From Macrostomum lignano (Eukaryota), in assembly GCA_002269645.1 (NCBI GenBank), contig NIVC01003214.1, positions 46,860-110,859 of the forward strand: a stretch of DNA of 64,000 nucleotides, written 5' to 3'. Shown one piece after another: positions 36,205-51,061 of the stretch. The translations under genes and the position numbers were made by a program. Numbering within the stretch: position 1 is the stretch's first letter; every line of letters begins with the position of its first letter. The notes below the pieces were generated by a model. It saw only the letters and a program-made list of their open reading frames with translations, was not told where the DNA came from and did not search any database.

Positions 36205-37034
36205 ATAGAGTGTGACACAATGTGACAGAGTGTGACTTTGAGTGATTGAAAGAGACTGAGAGTGACTGAGAGTGACTGAGAGTGACTTGATAGTGACTTA
36301 GAGTGACTTAGAGTGACTGAGAGTGACTTAGAGTGACTGAAAGTGACTGAGAGTGACTGAAAGTGACTGAGAGTGACTTAATAGTGACTTAGAGTGACTG
36401 AGAGTGACTTAGAGTGACTGAAAGTGACTGAGAGTGACTGAGAGTGACTGAGAGTGACTTAGAGTGACTGAAAGTGACTGAGAGTGACTGAAAGTGACTG
36501 AGAGTGACTGAGAGTGACTGAGAGTGACTTAATAGTGACTTAGAGTGACTTAGAGTGACTTAGAGTGACTGAAAGTGACTGAGAGTGACTGAGAGTGACT
36601 GAGAGTGACTTAGAGTGACTGAAAGTGACTTAGAGTGACTGAGAGTGACTGAGAGTGACTGAGAGTGACTGAGAGTGACTGAGAGTCACTGAGAGTGACT
36701 GAGAGTGACTTAGAGTGACTGAGAGTGACTGAGAGTGACTGAGAGTGACTGAGAGTGACTGAGAGTCACTGAGAGTGACTTAGAGTGACTGAGAGTGACT
36801 GAGAGTGACTTAATAGTGACTTAGAGTGACTTAGAGTGACTGAGAGTGACTTAGAGTGACTGAGAGTGACTGAGAGTGACTGAGAGTGACTGAGAGTGAC
36901 TGAGAGTGACTGAGAGTGACCTAGAGTGACTGAGAGTGACTTAGAGTGACTGAGAGTGACTTAGAGTGACTGAGAGTGACTTAGAGTGACTTAGAGTGAC
37001 TGAGAGTGACTTAGAGTGACTGAGAGTGACTGAG
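36205..37034. repeat. 10-bp minisatellite (GAGTGACTGA/GAGTGACTTA)n
   Basis: Directly visible. Confidence 0.97.
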
Positions 37035-37499
37035 ACCGAAAGAGGATGACAAAGGGTGTCAGGGTGATATAAATTCTGTAAGAAAAACAAATTCACCCTA
37101 AAATATATGCTCAACAACATTCAACATTCAACAAAGTCGCCACCTTTGAGAGTGCGCAGTAAATTCTAGCTCAATATTGACTTTTGAGTGACGCAACTTT
37201 GCGCCACGCGACGCAGAGTTGGGCTGGGTGAGGAGCGATTGGGAAGAGCGGAGGGCGAAGATTGGATGGATTGGAGAATTTTTTAATATCAGAATGGTTG
37301 GCCAGGTGAAAGACGCTGCTCACTGGGTCAAAGGGTGGCGGCTTTTCAATGTTGCTGAGTACATTTTAGCCATGCCTTAATTTGATTATGAAAAAATTGT
37401 ACTCTTACTACTATCACCGATCGGAAGTAGTATATCAACGCCTTTCTAAATTAATTGTTGTGGCTCTTCTATAATATTTCTGCGTCATGTTTAGGAAAG

Positions 37500-38292
37500 A
37501 AGAGATGGATGAGAGGGAGATAGAGAATGAGAGGGAGATGGAGAATGAGAGGGAGATGGAGAATGAGAGGGAGATGGAGAATGAGAGGGAGATGGAGAAT
37601 GAGAGGGAGATGGAGAATGAGACGGAGATGGAGAATGAGAGGGAGATGGAGAATGAGACGGAGATGGAGAATGAGAGGGAGATGGAGAATGAGAGGGAGA
37701 TAAAGAATGAGAGGGAGATGGAGAATGAGAGGGAGATAAAGAATGAGAGGGAGAGGGAGAATGAGAGGGAGATGGAGAATGAGACGGAGATGGAGAATGA
37801 GAGGGAGATGGAGAATGAGAGGGAGATGGAGAATGAGACGGAGATGGAGAATGAGAGGGAGATGGAGAATGAGAGGGAGATAAAGAATGAGAGGGAGAGG
37901 GAGAATGAGAGGGAGATGGAGAATGAGAGGGAGATGGAGAATGAGAGGGAGATGGAGAATGAGAGGGAGGTGGAGAATGAGAGGGAGGTGGAGAATGAGA
38001 GGGAGATAAAGAATGAGACGGAGATGGAGAATGAGAGGGAGATGGAGAATGAGAGGGAGATGGAGAATGAGAGGGAGATGGAGAATGAGAGGGAGATGGA
38101 GAATGAGAGGGAGATGGAGAATGAGACGGAAATGGAGAATGAGAGGGAGATGGAGAATGAGACGGAGATGGAGAATGAGAGGGAGATAAAGAATGAGAGG
38201 GAGGTGGAGAATGAGAGGGAGATGGAGAATGAGAGGGAGGTGGAGAATGAGAGAGAGGTGGAGAATGAGAGGGAGATGGAGAATGAGACGGA
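37500..38292. repeat. 18-bp purine-rich minisatellite (GAGAATGAGAGGGAGATG)n
   Basis: Directly visible. Confidence 0.97.
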
Positions 38293-38919
38293 CTTGAACG
38301 GAGGAAGTTCAGAAGGCCGATCTGAAGCGATCGGTTCTCACTCATTAGAGACCAGGTCCCTCCGCTCATAATGCGGACACCCAAAGCGGGCAGTGGGAGG
38401 CCTCGGCTGGGGGGGGGGGTTCAGTCAGAATTTTGAATGTCGTGACCGAAAGAATTTTTTTTCATTCGGAGGCCACTTTGTGGCTGCAGCAGCTGAGACG
38501 CTTGAGACGACTCGCATAAATGAGACATTTTTCTCAATCAGGGTTATAGCTAACCGGCTTTGCCTGTGGAGGGGATCTTTCTCCCACCTTTTTGTCCCTC
38601 GGATTCTACTCCAGAGCTAGAAGCTCAATAATACGACGTGACACGCGATAAGGAAGCCTGTCGGTCCGTCTGTCTCTCTGACCACTCCGGCACACACACA
38701 GAGATATTTTTACGCTATTAAACCGAGTCGCTGCATTAATCTCTTTTCTACTGACCTATAAAACAAATGAAATGGTCCGCTAATCTATAGGTTGTATTTT
38801 GACGCTTGCATTGCTGCTTTTTTAAAACTGAAACAAGTTACAACCGGGATAAATATTGTAAGACTAGGTAAGGAGTCTGATTGGGTTAAGGTACGAAATG
38901 ATGAAGTGGCGGAGTGGCA

Positions 38920-39723
38920 CAGAGTGACTCAGAGTGACACTCAGAGTGACACAGAGTGACATAGAGTGACACAGAGTAACACAGAGTGACCAGAGTGACA
39001 CAGAGTGGCACAGAGTGACACAGAGTGACACAGAGTGACACAGAGTGACACAGAGTGACACAGAGTGACACAGAGTGACACAGAGTGACACAGAGTGACA
39101 CAGAGTGACACAGAGTGACACAGAGTGACACAGAGTGACACAGAGTGACACAGAGTGACACAGAGTGACACAGAGTGACACAGAGTGACACAGAGTGACA
39201 CAGAGTGACACAGAGTGACACAGAGTGACACAGAGTGACACAGAGTGACACAGAGTGACACAGAGTGACACAGAGTGACACAGAGTGACACAGAGTGACA
39301 CAGAGTGACACAGAGTGACACAGAGTGACACAGAGTGACACAGAGTGACACAGAGTGACACAGAGTGACACAGAGTGACACAGAGTGACACAGAGTGACA
39401 CAGAGTGACACAGAGTGACACAGAGTGACACAGAGTGACACAGAGTGACACAGAGTGACACAGAGTGACACAGAGTGACACAGAGTGACACAGAGTGACA
39501 CAGAGTGACACAGAGTGACACAGAGTGACACAGAGTGACACAGAGTGACACAGAGTGACACAGAGTGACACAGAGTGACACAGAGTGACACAGAGTGACA
39601 CAGAGTGACACAGAGTGACACAGAGTGACACAGAGTGACACAGAGTGACACAGAGTGACACAGAGTGACACAGAGTGACACAGAGTGACACAGAGTGACA
39701 CAGAGTGACACAGAGTGACACAG
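38920..39723. repeat. 10-bp near-perfect minisatellite (CAGAGTGACA)n
   Basis: Directly visible. Confidence 0.98.
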
Positions 39724-40200
39724 ATGCTGGTATAACCACGAATTTCCCAGCCAGGATCTGCTAGTCAGAGAAAGCATTCTACTTCGTTCGAGTGTCGTGT
39801 CAACTGCTAGGTTAAAAGTTTGAAATCCTCAAGAGACTGAGCCACAAAACGATAAAGAGGGGCTTCTGAGAGCTCCCTGAGCCAATGCGGGCCTTGGCGC
39901 CTGAGGGACAGGATTCTGAGCAAATGTTTGTCAACATTGGAGTTTCCAGGTTTCAATTTTTTATCTGCGTTGTTTTTTCTTCATTTTAATCGAGCACTTG
40001 AGAATTGGTGCTACAATGGCTCGAATGACTGGATTGAAATGGCCTGAGATTTCTGCTGGTGCCATCATCTGAGATTTTAGGAACTTGGATTTTGAACTGC
40101 TGCTGACTTTGTTCCAAATATTTGGAAACTGAGTCTCGCTTCAGTAGCTTTTAATAAATTCGAGTCATTTTTTTGCTGGGACGTGGAATCTAGGATTTCA

Positions 40201-40813
40201 CTAGGATCTGGGATCTAGGATCTGGGATCTAGGATCTGGGATCTAGGATCTGGGATCTAGGATCTGGGATCTAGGATCTGGGATCTAGGATCTGGGATCT
40301 AGGATCTGGGATCTAGGATCTGGGATCTAGGATCTGGGATCTAGGATCTGGGATCTAGGATCTGGGATCTAGGATCTGGGATCTAGGATCTGGGATCTAG
40401 GATCTGGGATCTAGGATCTGGGATCTAGGATCTGGGATCTAGGATCTGGGATCTAGGATCTGGGATCTAGGATCTGGGATCTAGGATCTGGGATCTAGGA
40501 TCTGGGATCTAGGATCTGGGATCTAGGATCTGGGATCTAGGATCTGGGATCTAGGATCTGGGATCTAGGATCTGGGATCTAGGATCTGGGATCTAGGATC
40601 TGGGATCTAGGATCTGGGATCTAGGATCTGGGATCTAGGATCTGGGATCTAGGATCTGGGATCTAGGATCTGGGATCTAGGATCTGGGATCTAGGATCTG
40701 GGATCTAGGATCTGGGATCTAGGATCTGGGATCTAGGATCTGGGATCTAGGATCTGGGATCTAGGATCTGGGATCTAGGATCTGGGATCTAGGATCTGGG
40801 ATCTAGGATCTGG
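40201..40813. repeat. 14-bp perfect minisatellite (CTAGGATCTGGGAT)n
   Basis: Directly visible. Confidence 0.98.
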
Positions 40814-41369
40814 CCCACAATTGTTTGAAATACTCAAAGCTCTCCCATGGGATAGAATAGATAGGTTTGAGTATTGAATTCTCACTTTTTAATCATAAAA
40901 TAAACTTTGGAGAACTCTGTCACCGAGACACCCATAGAAACTGCGGGATATTTGAGCCGAATCGAGTTTTTTTCCTCAGTTGAGCTGCTTTCGCTGCAGG
41001 GTTATTCGATCATTTTTTAACTATCCATGAAAGCCGCGCCTTCACCAATTGCCGAGCAGATCAAGTAAGTCATAGGGGGGGGGGGGTTAGGTAGCTGAAT
41101 TATTGATAATTATATGAATTATTGGAACCGAACAGTTGCCAATCAAATTTGCAGGTTTTTTTCTCAAAAGGCTTGTCTGGTTGCTCTGGGGCAAGGAGGC
41201 CCAGCAACGGAACCTGGAGGGCTGAACTCTTCTCCACAAACCCAAATTTACAGACAATTGTAGGCTGACTTCAGTTTTATCAGCTTGCTAAGCCTCTCTG
41301 TCCGGCTCTCGGGACGTTTTAAATCTTCACAATAGAAATCCGGCCGCCTCAATGTTTGCGTCTCTTCTC

Positions 41370-41557
41370 AGCTCTCTTCTCTCTTCTCTCCTTTTGTCTC
41401 TCATCGGATCTCTCCTCTGATCTCATCCCCACTTTTCTCCTCTCTCCTCTCTCCTCTCTCCTCTTTCCTCTCTCCCCTCTCCTCTCTCCTCCTTCCTTTC
41501 TCCTCTCTCCTCTCTCCTCTTTCCTCTCTTATCTCTCCTCTCTCCTCTCTCCTCTCT
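41370..41557. repeat. CT-rich low-complexity tract
   Basis: Directly visible. Confidence 0.85.
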
Positions 41558-42118
41558 CCAAAATGAAAAAATGAAGAGTTGCCCATCGCCCCCACCCTCA
41601 CCGCGTGTCCCCTGGGGCATTATCGACTGTAAAGTATGAATTGTCATAAGAGACATTTCTCAATTATGCTAACAGATCATAATCTGCCCACCCGCATGAC
41701 GGTGATGGTGATTCGACTCCCTGTGCATGTTTTAGTGTTGCGATTTTTTTGCTTTAAAAATACAGCAAAAAATTGCACACTTTATAATACAATCCAGTCA
41801 AGAGGGAGGAGAGAGGACTGACAAAGACATCCAGCCATTGTTGAGGGGTCGCTGCCCTGCGGGGTGTCTGACTCGCTTATGTCAAACAGGCTCTAAAACT
41901 TGTCTTTGATTATCAACCTAATGATATGCTGTGGGTTCTGCGACGGGACTTCAACTGCCTGTCTGTCTTTGCTGCTTTTTTGTCCGCTCATTCCGATCGG
42001 GTCTCACGACTTCGGGACTTCTGCCCGCGAGGCGGTTCAGAGCTGGACTAAAAAACAAGAAATAAATTTCATGAACTTGCGAAATGAAAGGAAAAAATTA
42101 TGCAGCATAGAAATGGAA

Positions 42119-42900
<782 letters not shown>

Positions 42901-43813
42901 TGCTTGTTATCAGGGGGATGCTTGCTATTGGGGAATTGTTGAGATGTCAAGGCTTGGGGGAATTGCTAAGATATAAAGGCTGAATGTCAGAAGCTTCATT
43001 TAGTTTAGTTAAAAACTTTTATTTCATTTTGTTTGCTCCCCAACGGCTGCGTAGAATCGTAGATTGCTAGTACACAGAGCTAAACTCGCTATAAAGGTGG
43101 GCGTAGAATCGTAGATTGCTAGTACACAGAGCTAAACTCGCTATAAAGGTGTGCCTTCATTCCCGTGAGGTTCTCACACAGTCAGAAAAAAGTAACCCCC
43201 AACGCCATAAAGTTGGCTTATCCTTAAAAAAACTCGGAAAAAAAATTTAACAACCTCTTGAGGCTTAAAAGAAGTCGTCATTCTGTAAGGCGGGGAAGAT
43301 TATCCCTGTTAGTCCTATATCGTAGGGACTAGAGGTGAATGGGGGGTGGGGGAGTTATTAACCACCGGGAGATCACAGCAGGCAAAAGCAGGCAATGGTT
43401 TTCTGCCCTCTCAACTCATTGCACGAAACCGACACTCCGACCGACAACTTTTTCCCCGACACATTCATCCCGAAATCCCCGCAAAGCGAGTGGAGTTTTC
43501 CCACCAAAGTGAGGATCAGGCAGAGCTCTGGAATCCCCCCGTCACCGCCAAGCCAGGGGGTCCGGGGACGGCCTTGGGAAAATAAAAAACTGGGAGGAGT
43601 CAGCCAAGGAATTAAGCTGCTTCCCGCCTTCTGCCTTCCTCTCGCTTAGTGGCTGGCGAGACCCACTCAGCAAACAATTCATCTCACAATCATTTCTAGG
43701 AGCCTGCAAGCGCCTGCTCAACTCACTCTCACTTTCCAGCTCGCTTTCCTCCGCTTCTGAGAGCTGCTCAACTTCATCATGTGTGACCACATGGAGTCAA
43801 GCTGAGTTTGAGT

Positions 43814-44111
43814 CGGGGATCTGGGATCGGGGATCTGGGATCGGGGATCTGGGATCGGGGATCTGGGATCGGGGATCTGGGATCGGGGATCTGGGATCGG
43901 GGATCTGGGATCGGGGATCTGGGATCGGGGATCTGGGATCGGGGATCTGGGATCGGGGATCTGGGATCGGGGATCTGGGATCGGGGATCTGGGATCGGGG
44001 ATCTGGGATCGGGGATCTGGGATCGGGGATCTGGGATCGGGGATCTGGGATCGGGGATCTGGTATCAGGGATCTGGGATCGGGGATCTGGTATCAGGGAT
44101 CTGGGATCGGG
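43814..44111. repeat. 14-bp minisatellite (GGGGATCTGGGATC)n
   Basis: Directly visible. Confidence 0.97.
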
Positions 44112-44240
44112 GCCTTCAAAGCATCAGTGAGGACTCTGTGGTTGTGTAGGTGTGTTTTACTGGAGAATGAAACACAAACACAAGTATGGATCCGCCCCCA
44201 TCCTTCTCATAAGTTTTTGTCCTCAGCTATCCCATTTTAC

Positions 44241-44333
44241 CTGTAGTTGCTGAGCAGCCGCCAGCTTCTCCCCCCAGCCCGAGATGCTGGCCAAGCTGAT
44301 GATGATGATGATGAAGAGTGAGGAGAAATCCAT
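44241..44333 (-). CDS. Candidate first exon encoding a signal peptide (unknown secreted protein)
   Basis: ATG at 44333 reads MDFSSLFIIIIISLASISGWGEKLAAAQQLQ, then CAG|GTAAAA. Possible next exon 43801-43727. No family similarity recognised. Confidence 0.3.
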
Positions 44334-44799
44334 TTTCAATCGCGGCGCGGGACTTGATTGTTTCTTAATTATTCAGGCCGGCGAGGCCTCCGGGTAACCA
44401 ACACCGGCGCAGTTGAGGTGTCCATCAAAAAAGCAGCATGAAACAGTATGAAAATAACTCGGGGACTCAAACACAGGAGAGAGTTGAACAGCTCCGCCCA
44501 CTCTCAGATTGTTGGACCCGGCGTCGATACTCCACTTCTCCTCACGAGTTCCAAAACACTAATTATTATTTTGCCGACACCAGGGCGCGCAGTCTCTGAT
44601 GCTGAGACCGATGTTTGATGGGGAAGTCAAAGAACTTGAGAGGGGGAAGCTGAGAAGGTGAGAATAAGTGGATGAAATTTCTGATGGAGAGCCATTTCTA
44701 GACGGTGTTTTATGAGCTTCAGAAATATGAGTGACGGGATAACAGTTTGAGTGGAAGATTCCAAGAAAGCGAAACTAGATTTGAGTGAGAATTTCCCAG

Positions 44800-46338
44800 A
44801 AAGTGAGACTAGATGGGAGAAAGATTCTTAGAAAGTGAGACTAGATGAGAGAAAGATTCTTAGAAAGTGAGACTAGATGAGAGAAAGATTCTTAGAAAGT
44901 GAGACTAGATGAGAGAAAGATTCTTAGAAAGTGAGACTAGATGGGAGAAAGATTCTTAGAAAGTGAGACTAAATGAGAGAAAGATTCTTAGAAAGTGAGA
45001 CTAGATGAGAGAAAGATTCTTAGAAAGTGAGACTAGATGAGAGAAAGATTCTTAGAAAGTGAGACTAGATGGGAGAAAGATTCTTAGAAAGTGAGACTAG
45101 ATGAGAGAAAGATTCTTAGAAAGTGAGACTAGATGAGAGAAAGATTCTTAGAAAGTGAGACTAGATGAGAGAAATATTCTTAGAAAGTGAGACTAGATAA
45201 GAGAAATTCTTAGAAAGCGAGACTATATAAGAGAAATTCTTAGAAAGTGAGAATAGATAAGAGAAATTCTTAGAAAGCGAGACTAGATAAGAGAAATTCT
45301 TAGAAAGTGAGAATAGATAAGAGAAATTCTTAGAAAGCGAGACTAGATAAGAGAAATTCTTAGAAAGCGAGACTAGATAAGAGAAATTCTTAGAAAGCGA
45401 GACTAGATAAGAGAAATTCTTAGATAATGAGATTAGATAAGAGAAATTCTTAGAAAGCGAGACTAGTTAAGAGAAATTCTTAGAAAGCGAGACTAGATAA
45501 GAGAAATTCTTAGAAAGCAAGACTAGATAAGAGAAATTCTTAGAAAGCGAGACTAGATAAGAGAAATTCTTAGAAAGTGAGACTAGATAAGAGAAATTCT
45601 TAGAAAGGGAGACTAGATAAGAGAAATTCTTAGAAAGGGAGACTAGATAAGAGAAATTCTTAGAAAGTGAGACTAGATAAGAGAAATTCTTAGAAAGCGA
45701 GACTAGATAAGAGAAATTCTTAGAAAGCAAGACTAGACAAGAGAAATTCTTAGAAAGGGAGACTAGATAAGAGAAATTCTTAGAAAGCGAGACTAGATAA
45801 GAGAAATTCTTAGAAAGGGAGACTAGATAAGAGAAATTCTTAGAAAGGGAGACTAGATAAGAGAAATTCTTAGAAAGTGAGACTAGATAAGAGAAATTCT
45901 TAGAAAGCGAGACTAGATAAGAGAAATTCTTAGAAAGCGAGACTAGATAAGAGAAATTCTTAGAAAGCGAGACTAGATAAGAGAAATTCTTAGAACGCGA
46001 GACTAGATAAGAGAAATTCTTAGAAAGCGAGACTAGATAAGAGAAATTCTTAGAAAGCGAGACTAGATAAGAGAAATTCTTAGAAAGCGAGACTAGATAA
46101 GAGAAATTCTTAGAAAGCGAGACTAGATAAGAGAAATTCTTAGAAAGCGAGACTAGATAAGAGAAATTCTTAGAAAGCGAGACTAGATAAGAGAAATTCT
46201 TAGAAAGCGAGACTAGATAAGAGAAATTCTTAGAAAGCGAGACTAGATAAGAGAAATTCTTAGAAAGCGAGACTAGATAAGAGAAATTCTTAGAAAGCGA
46301 GACTAGATAAGAGAAATTCTTAGAACGCGAGACTAGAT
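44800..46338. repeat. Minisatellite with a 32-bp domain (to ~45180) followed by a 30-bp domain
   Basis: GAGACTAGATGAGAGAAAGATTCTTAGAAAGT, then GAGACTAGATAAGAGAAATTCTTAGAAAGC. Confidence 0.95.
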
Positions 46339-47157
46339 GAGGGTTACAGAGATTCCAAGAAAGTGTGATTCTAATTAAATCACAATTCGATTGCTTCATT
46401 TCTAGGGAAACATAGTCCACAGTAAGGGGAATTAGGGTTCGAATTTTCTCTTCCGATTCGAAAAACAATCAAAATGCTTAACAAACAAGATCTTTCTGAG
46501 AAATCACTCTAAGCTGTCATTAAATTGTCGCCCAGCTTAGGACAGCTGGGAGGAGTGGAACGCTGTGAAAGAGTCGGCGAACAACAATCCCTAATTGACA
46601 TCCATAGCCCCCCCCTGTCCCTCTCCTCAGATTGCGAGATTCTCAACACCAAAATGTCCGAGTCGAGTGGTCCGATTATTCATCGATAGACACCCTGCAT
46701 GCAGTCTGGCAGGTGTGAGACCGGCGCACCTTGCCAGGGCCCCGCCTGTTTGACCACAACTGGCCCGGCGGGTGGTCTTGAATTTGAGAGAGTCGGCCGG
46801 CCCCGCCCTGCCCATCCGCCAGGCCTCTCTGTGTGTGAGTGAGAATTTCTATACTTCTTGAAAATTTAATAACCCGGTCGTGTGCTAATGTGTGCGCTAG
46901 GCAGTCGAGGTGTTGTGGCCTCTGTGTGCCTCTCTATACATTGAATTGAACCCCCCCCACCCCCACCACCCCAGCCGGTGACACAAAGACTTGGGGCAAT
47001 AGATTCTCCATCTATCGCCATCACCATCGGCCTTCAAATTGATGACATGCGTTTTTTAACACACCATCTACCTAACTGCCTTCCCAAGTGTGCTCTGGCA
47101 GCTGGTGCCGAAATCGCCTTTCTAATGCAGACCTGAAGGTGGACTCGCGAGGTCCAG

Positions 47158-47345
47158 GGGTTGTAGCCTAGTCGGACTTACGACTGAGAGGTGGGGGGTT
47201 CGATTCCCGATCCCACTAGAACAATCTGTCTCCTTGAGCAAGAGACACTTAACTCTGCATTGCTTCAGTTCACCCAGCTGTGAAATGGGTGCCAGCATTA
47301 GCTGGGGTGATTGAGGGTGTGTGGCGACCCCCAGTCCTTGGACTG
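47158..47345 (+). mobile_element. tRNA-derived SINE, copy 2 (diverged, 3'-truncated)
   Basis: GGGTTGTAGCCTAG...GGTTCGATTCCC...CCTTGAGCAAGAGACACTTAAC...CACCCAGCTGTGAAATGGGTGCCAGCATTAGCTGGGG, clearly homologous to copy 1. Confidence 0.8.
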
Positions 47346-47742
47346 AACAGCCGTACTCAGCCGTACGCAGCCAGCGAAATCGGCAGAATTGCCGTCAGCA
47401 CAAAGATTTCTTTAGATGAGCTTTCCAGAGTCATCGGTGCCCTGGGCGGATCCAAAAGTGGGCGGTGCCGTCGTCCGTTCAGAGTGAGCACTGGCGCTAA
47501 ATACACACGGTGCTAATTTTTTTATCCAAGTGGCCCAATTTCCAATGCCTAGGGCCACGATGCAGCTAGCTTTGAAAAGTAAATGATAAAAAAACTTTGA
47601 GCAGTGTAATTATAGAGAATAGAAGAGGAGGGATACGTATGGAAGGTGAGGAATTTTTTGACAGATGATCTTGGAGGTCATTGGCGTGTTATCAGCGACT
47701 GAACCTCTCTTGAATTGCCAATTTTCACTAACTGATATACCT

Positions 47743-49135
47743 TCTAGTCACTCCCAGTCGGTTCTAGTCACTCCCAGTCGGTTCTAGTCACTCCCAGTCG
47801 ATTCTAGTCACTCCCAGTCGATTCTAGTCACTCCCAGTCGATTCTAGTCACTCCCAGTCGATTCTAGTCACTCCCAGTCGGTTCTAGTCACTCCCAGTCG
47901 GTTCTAGTCACTCCCAGTCGGTTCTAGTCACTCCCAGTCGATTCTAGTCACTCCCAGACGATTCTAGTCACTCCTAGTCGGTTCTAGTTACTCCTAGTCG
48001 GTTCTAGTCACTCCTAGTCAGTTCTAGTCACTCCTAGTCGGTTCTAGTCACTCCCAGTCGATTCTAGTCACTCCCAGACGATTCTAGTCACTCCTAGTCG
48101 GTTCTAGTTACTCCTAGTCGGTTCTAGTCACTCCTAGTCAGTTCTAGTCACTCCTAGTCGGTTCTAGTCACTCCTAGTCGGTTCTAGTCACTCCTAGTCG
48201 GTTCTAGTCACTCCTAGTCGGTTCTAGTCTCTTCTAATCGGTTCTAATCACTCCTAGTCGGTTCTAGTCACTCCTAGTCGGTTCTAGTCTCTTCTAATCG
48301 GTTCTAATCACTCCTAGTCGGTTCTAGTCACTCCTAGTCGGTTCTAGTCACTCCTAGTCGGTTCTAGTCACTCCTAGTCGGTTCTAGTCTCTTCTAATCG
48401 GTTCTAATCACTCCTAGTCGGTTCTAGTCACTCCTAGTCGGTTCTAGTCACTCCTAGTCGGTTCTAGTCACTCCTAGTCAGTTCTAGTCACTCCTAGTCG
48501 GTTCTAGTCACTCCTAGTCGGTTCTAGTCACTTCTAGTCGGTTCTAGTCTCTTCTAATCGGTTCAAAAGATTAGAAGTCGGTTCTAGTCACTCCTAGTCG
48601 GTTCTAGTCACTCCTAGTCGGTTCTAGTCTCTTCTAATCGGTTCTAATCACTCCTAGTCGGTTCTAGTCACTCCTAGTCGGTTCTAGTCACTCCTAGTCG
48701 GTTCTAGTCACTTCTAGTCGGTTCTAGTCTCTTCTAATCGGTTCTAATCACTCCTAGTCGGTTCTAGTCACTCCTAGTCGGTTCTAGTCACTCCTAGTCG
48801 GTTCTAGTCACTCCTAGTCAGTTCTAGTCACTCCTAGTCGGTTCTAGTCACTCCTAGTCGGTTCTAGTCACTTCTAGTCGGTTCTAGTCTCTTCTAATCG
48901 GTTCTAATCACTCCTAGTCGGTTCTAGTCACTCCTAGTCGGTTCTAGTCACTCCTAGTCGGTTCTAGTCACTCCTAGTCAGTTCTAGTCACTCCTAGTCG
49001 GTTCTAGTCACTCCTAGTCGATTCTAGTCTTTCCTAGTCCTTCCTAGTTACTCCTAGGCACTCCCAATCACTCCCAATCCCTTCCGTTCACTCTCAATCA
49101 CTCCTAGTCACTCTAGTTCATTCTAGTCACTTCTA
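47743..49135. repeat. 20-bp minisatellite (TTCTAGTCACTCCTAGTCGG)n
   Basis: Directly visible; built from two related decamers. Confidence 0.97.
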
Positions 49136-51061
49136 GGCACACAGGATGCAGTAAAAGCCGAACGGCAGCTTATTATGTATTTTGAGAAAATAGCTTGACA
49201 AAAGCCAGACAGATACTTCAATATGCGAAGCTCTTTCTTAGCTCCAAGCCAAGGCAGGGAAGCTTGAATGTTAATCACTTTATAGAACAGGTGTCTGCCT
49301 GCTTCTGTCTGCTTCCGCGACTCAGCGGTGTTGGCGGCGGGCGTTCCATATTGTGTACACTATAATAGAAGCCTTCAGCGCAGATGTTAAATCCAAACTC
49401 CAGTCAGATTTGAAGTGCTCGCATAGTCAACAGATTCTCAAGAGTGTGAGTGTTGTGCGTGTTTGCTCATTTTCACCCAAACACAAATTTTCATTCTCAG
49501 AAAAAATTCCTGAGATCGTGACGTCACCTACTTAAGCATTTCTTCTCGCGCTTTAACTTTCAAGGATTTTCCAGCTGCATGGCAACTGGCTCGTAACAGA
49601 AAAATTGATTGAAAAATTTTGTTTACAAAATATGCGCGCAAGAGCTTTTTGAAGATTTCCAAAGCGAGAGAGACTTGGGCGATTCTCTTCTGTTTGCCAA
49701 GTTAAACCGCCTCATTCGCTTCTCTGTTGTCTTAGGCGCTTGAGAACCCCAGTTCCTGCTGCTTCTAAAACAGAAGACGCGCGGCAAAAACATCTCGAGA
49801 GAAGGCGGGTCGGGTCGGCGGCGCACGGGTGGCCGGCAACCCGAGACAGCCGGGCGGGCAGCTGTCTCCGGGATTAAGCTTTTAGAAGCAGAAGAAGAAT
49901 GAAAGGCGGCCGTGTAATGAGCGAAATTTTATCCGCGAGTGAAAGCAGCGGCCCTCCTAATGGATTGCCGGGCTTTTTGGCTCGACCGCGTTCGTCAGCG
50001 CCGGATTAACTCTCACTGATGCTACTCGAGACCAGAGCGGGACACACAGGGATAAATCTGGGATTTTAGGCCGCTCCCCAGGTCCGGCGCTAATCTCCTC
50101 TCCCCTGGCAGCTTAAGGAATTTATATTTGAGCAGCGAGGCGGCGGGGAGAGGTGTTAAAAAGAAATGTCGGATAAGCCACACGATCCGAGCGGGCAGTT
50201 GCCTACCTGAAGGTTATCCCACATACCCCCCTGCAGCCTCATCAAGCTAAGTGACTCTCTTGAGGCAGTCTTTCATCTCTGAGACTCTTTCTCAATTCGC
50301 CTTTGTGCTCAACTAGCTGTGCTCAGAACTCGAACTGCCTGACACAGAAGAAGTTAAGGTTGTCTAAAACAGGCCTTGTCCGGCCTCAATCAGGAGCAGA
50401 GAGAGAGAAAGATTATGAGTTCGGAAGTTCGCCGCCAGATTCCAATTGGAAAGGAAGGCGGAACGAGTGAAGCGGCATTAACTATTTGGTCAAATTGGCA
50501 CTCAGAAATTGCTTTCCATTTGGGGGCTTCAATATTGATCCATTTTTGTCTGATTCTTCAATTTCTCTCTCATTCCACCACCCAACTCCCCCTATTTTGT
50601 CTCTCGATTTCTGCTTCTCAAAGGAAAACGAGAAATCTAGGCATGAAATTGTGGAGGAGGGAGCGATGGCGATTTAGAGACCCTCAGCGGTCCCTGAGAA
50701 CCTGATTACACCCCTCGCCGCTCTGAGGCAGCCTATTAGCGGCCAAGGCAAACGGCGGGTATTGGAAAACAATCATCATCTTTGCTTCTTCCTCCCGAAT
50801 GCGTGACCGGCAATCAGGGAAGATTTCTCCCCGCTAACCCCATCCCCTGTCTCTCGTGACTTGGGGAAGATTGCTAGCCGACTACCGCAGTTCCCCCTCT
50901 CTCCTCCCCCCCGAATAATAACTGATTTTTCACCGGTCATCTCTGGGGACGGCCGGTCCAGCTTCCGTGTCCATCCTCAGCTTCATCAACATCCATCTCT
51001 TCATTCCATTTCACTCTGTCTGATCTCACTGGCTCTTTTCTGTTGTGTCTCTGCGGGCCTT

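Noticed and set aside
37487-39777. Long ORFs (ENEREM)n and (SLCVTLCH)n
   Set aside because: Pure minisatellite translations open in several frames, with no splice or codon evidence.
43049-43152. 52-bp exact tandem duplication
   Set aside because: Simple two-copy duplication with no further structure.
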